Part shown: positions 60,901-64,000 of the stretch, one piece after another
Position numbering within the stretch: position 1 is the first letter of the stretch
Layout of the letters: the number at the start of each line of letters is the position of its first letter
NCBI RefSeq assembly: GCF_000143415.4
Contig: NW_003314374.1
Span: 145,225-209,224, forward strand
Direction of reading: 5' to 3'
From: Selaginella moellendorffii
Lineage: Eukaryota > Plantae > Lycopodiophyta
Length of the DNA: 64,000 nt
The notes under the pieces: generated by a model
What the model was told of the DNA's origin: nothing
The model's input: only the letters and a program-made list of their open reading frames with translations
Databases searched by the model: none
Program-made: the position numbers and the translations under genes

Positions 60901-63900
60901 AAGCTAAAGCTCAACCCTCTACTAAATAATCTCGTCTAGAACACAACTAACTTAACTTGCCACTCAGTTCATTTGAACGTCAACACAGTTGCTAACTAGC
61001 AAATGCACGAATGCCAACAACACAAAGCTATAGCCAAATCATCAACACTATATTCATCAAGACTAATGAAACTCAATATCAATCCTTAGAAGGATATCTC
61101 ATTTCACTCAGATCTCAATATCAACAATGTCAATGACAAAGCATCACTTCAATGCCATCAACACCAAAACAAAGCTAGAAGAAAGCATGAGTGAATCACC
61201 ACTCGGAGCTTTCCAGCAACCAAGCTAACCAAGGTCAAAGATACTTTAATTAGTAACCGAGACCAATCCTTTAGCAAAACTCAGTTACAGATAACACTTC
61301 ATCAAGGAGTGATTCACCACATCCAAGACTCAATGAAATCTAACACTATGGCTAAATGTAACCAAATGATATCAACAGAGGTAGAGTCGACATGCCAACA
61401 TGAAAAACTCATGTAAGTCTAACGACACGATCCTCCACAACACCATCCGGTAAAGCAAGCCCATCACTGCTAAATCATCATCGAGCAACGCAAGTATCAA
61501 CAGTCTTTTTGACAGAGTCTACAAGTAATCACTAGTCGCAAAGCAACTAACAATCATTCTTTCAACTTGCCTTCACAAGACCCAAACACTAACTCATGTC
61601 ATCGAGTTACATACTTGTCCAACAAGAACGTGATACCCCAGGTACGAGATAAAAGTTCATAGACAAGCACAAACTAAATGACCACTCGAATCCAACTCAA
61701 CCGCAATAAGCTCACTAATGCATTTAGTCAACAGTTCTGAGCATGCCTTGAAGAGGCTAGCTATGCATGATCAACACTCAGTCAAAACTAAAGTGAAGAC
61801 CATGAGATGGACTCATATTGGTACACAACCTCCTCATAGACAAAGCTATAGTATGGGTACCAACATCTCAGCTTGCAAACAACTAAGTTGGACATCACCA
61901 TCCTCAGCCAAGGCGCAGGGCCACCAAGACCAAGTCAAGATCAGTGAGAGCTCACTACTCTCATAGAGTCTAACGTAATGCAAGGTGCAACCTGCCACCA
62001 AGCATAACGCTACAAAAGAAAGGTACAAGGGTCACCTTTCTTAGAAAAGCGCAACGGCCACTTTCCTACACTAACTCCAGACTCTATCCAACTCAATTGC
62101 CTTAGCCCCAAAAGTCAGCATCCCTTTCGGGTCGCATCATACAAACTACTTACTAAGGTTTAAGCCAACCGAAGCCAACTCCAACCCCTTCAATAGTTTG
62201 TACTGGCTTACGAAAACGGAATGGTTTTCGAGCAAAATGACCAACAGATCAGCCATTGGAAAAGTCTAAGAAAATTTGTGGAAAATTTCCCATCCTAGAG
62301 AAAGAATGACTCTCAGTCCAGGATTGCAAACTTTCAAGACTCAACCAACTTCCTCCTACAAACAACTTCACATAGGCTCACCTCAACACAAATTCTCATG
62401 ATCCAAGAATACGTCTAAGCATCGAACATCTTTGCCCATTTAACCGTTATCTAACACCGATATCCGCAAAGTGCAAAATGAACATCCAAGGCTTGATCAC
62501 GAAGACCACTTCTTCGGATATCCATATTGCACTAACACTCTTCTTCAATCACCTTCAAGATCCAATGTGAAGCCAAAACACTAACAAGAAAAATGACATG
62601 GAAAAATCAAGGTCCAAGGAAAATTCCTCATCACTTGAAATAACAATGCCACTTCCACTAACACAAGTGCTAGTGATATCAATGCCCCAACTACACATCT
62701 TCTCCATCCAACAATTTACTCCAAGTGCTAACGGATCAACCGACAAGCCATAGCAAGTAAATGCTATAACCCTTTTCCAACACTAATGGGCAAAACTCAA
62801 GGAAACAAGGAACCAACTTAAGCTTAGCATAATGAACCACCACCAAGAATCCAGTCAAAGCTACTACAATGCTACTTCGTGCAAGTAGACTAGCTTCTCC
62901 ATCCACCACTTTGGGGGTTGATCATCATTTATCCAAGCAACTTCGTAAACACATTGCTCATTATCACATGGATATGATATATAATCACAATGACTTGATC
63001 ATCAATTGAGTAACACAATGAGCAATGCCTATGTCATTACTTCAAACGTTTATGTGAGTATTAAATGCCAACTCGATTCGACAAAATGCAACATAAATGC
63101 CACACTCCACCAATAGAGGTTTACGACACCCAACACCACTAACTTTTGTTCACAACACAGACAAGCTCATGCCACTCTCTTTCCGACCAAACTCAACACT
63201 AATCCAACACCAAGCTACTCAAGGAGCAATAGCAAGGTTCCCCGGAAAAGAATTGAGCATTGCAACCCAAGTCTTCCAATAGCGAGCCTAGACAAAATGG
63301 TTTAGTGTTTCACCACTATCCATCCCATAACTCACCACTTGTAAGACCATCACTTCCAACATGCATCAAGGTAGGGACTCTTGATTGCATGATGTGAACA
63401 CAAGCAATGAGTTAACACCTCGTTGCAAATCATCTCTCCAAGAAGAGAAAATGATTTACGTATTTGATCCTCCGTCCCCGATGACTCTCTTTTCGATCTC
63501 ATCTTTGACCAAACCTCAAGCTTGCTTTCACACTGCCTTCAGTTCAATCCAAGAAAAGTTTATGAGAGAGCACGGCAATGATTACTTGAACCAATAGACT
63601 ATTCCCTACAATCTTGATTGATCCAATTATAATCATGCCTAGGAAGGATCCACTAGTGCCGTGCTAAACAGCTACGGACCAGCCTATTTGCCACTCATAG
63701 CAAACCCAGGTAGGTTTGCTTTCACCCATGGTACAAGGAATAACTCACGGAACCACTAATAGGCTAACATTAATCCTGCCAACTCAAAGCGTAACCTCGA
63801 GTTGCTAATGTGCCTCACTCACGAGCCCAAGCGCAAACTCGTGCTACTGGAACAACTCAAATCCATCTTATGAGCCCAAGAGTAAGCTCACATAATTACG

Positions 63901-64000
63901 GTACAAGAAGGTAACCGAATCCATACCCAAGGAACGATTGCGAAGTCTTTGCACCAAAACGTGTACCCACTCGGATCATCGTTTTCATCTCTGCGTATGC
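57951..64000 (-). mobile_element. Family-B LTR element: 3' LTR 57951-59080, PPT 59081-59093, ORF-less interior running off the window
   Basis: LTR homologous to 10923-12194. 59085-59595 is homologous to rc of 6620-7120. No ORF >82 aa beyond 59500. Confidence 0.8.

Overview
Eukaryotic (land-plant) nuclear DNA with very short (~45-70 nt) GT-AG introns and tight gene spacing, most consistent with a lycophyte such as Selaginella (inference). 1-12.3 kb is nested, decayed Ty3/gypsy LTR retroelements, a TRIM and solo LTRs. 12.7-37.7 kb is a dense gene island: a small plastid TM protein, an intronless plastid protein resembling a cyanobacterial unknown family, a class A ARF, VAPYRIN, tRNA-Ala, a T-type-like RbcS, tRNA-Leu, a PLIP-type lipase, a PYL/RCAR ABA receptor, a p24/GOLD protein, a small membrane protein and Fd-GOGAT. 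38.8-43.7 kb is a young Ty3/gypsy element with short LTRs, a 4-bp TSD, a tRNA-Ala-type PBS and a GGGAAAC + pseudoknot -1 frameshift signal, inserted at an AT-rich bulb-lectin gene. 43.9-57.6 kb is a rearranged region of nested inverted duplications. It holds an uncharacterised 10-exon CCCH/FFAT-like gene and its decayed paralog, intron-containing Fd-GOGAT fragments, an F-box gene with a partial inverted copy, and a perfect 33-bp hairpin at a breakpoint. The window ends with a hAT transposase remnant and an LTR element with a long ORF-less interior. Exon structures were assembled by eye and family names come from motif recognition, not database searches.
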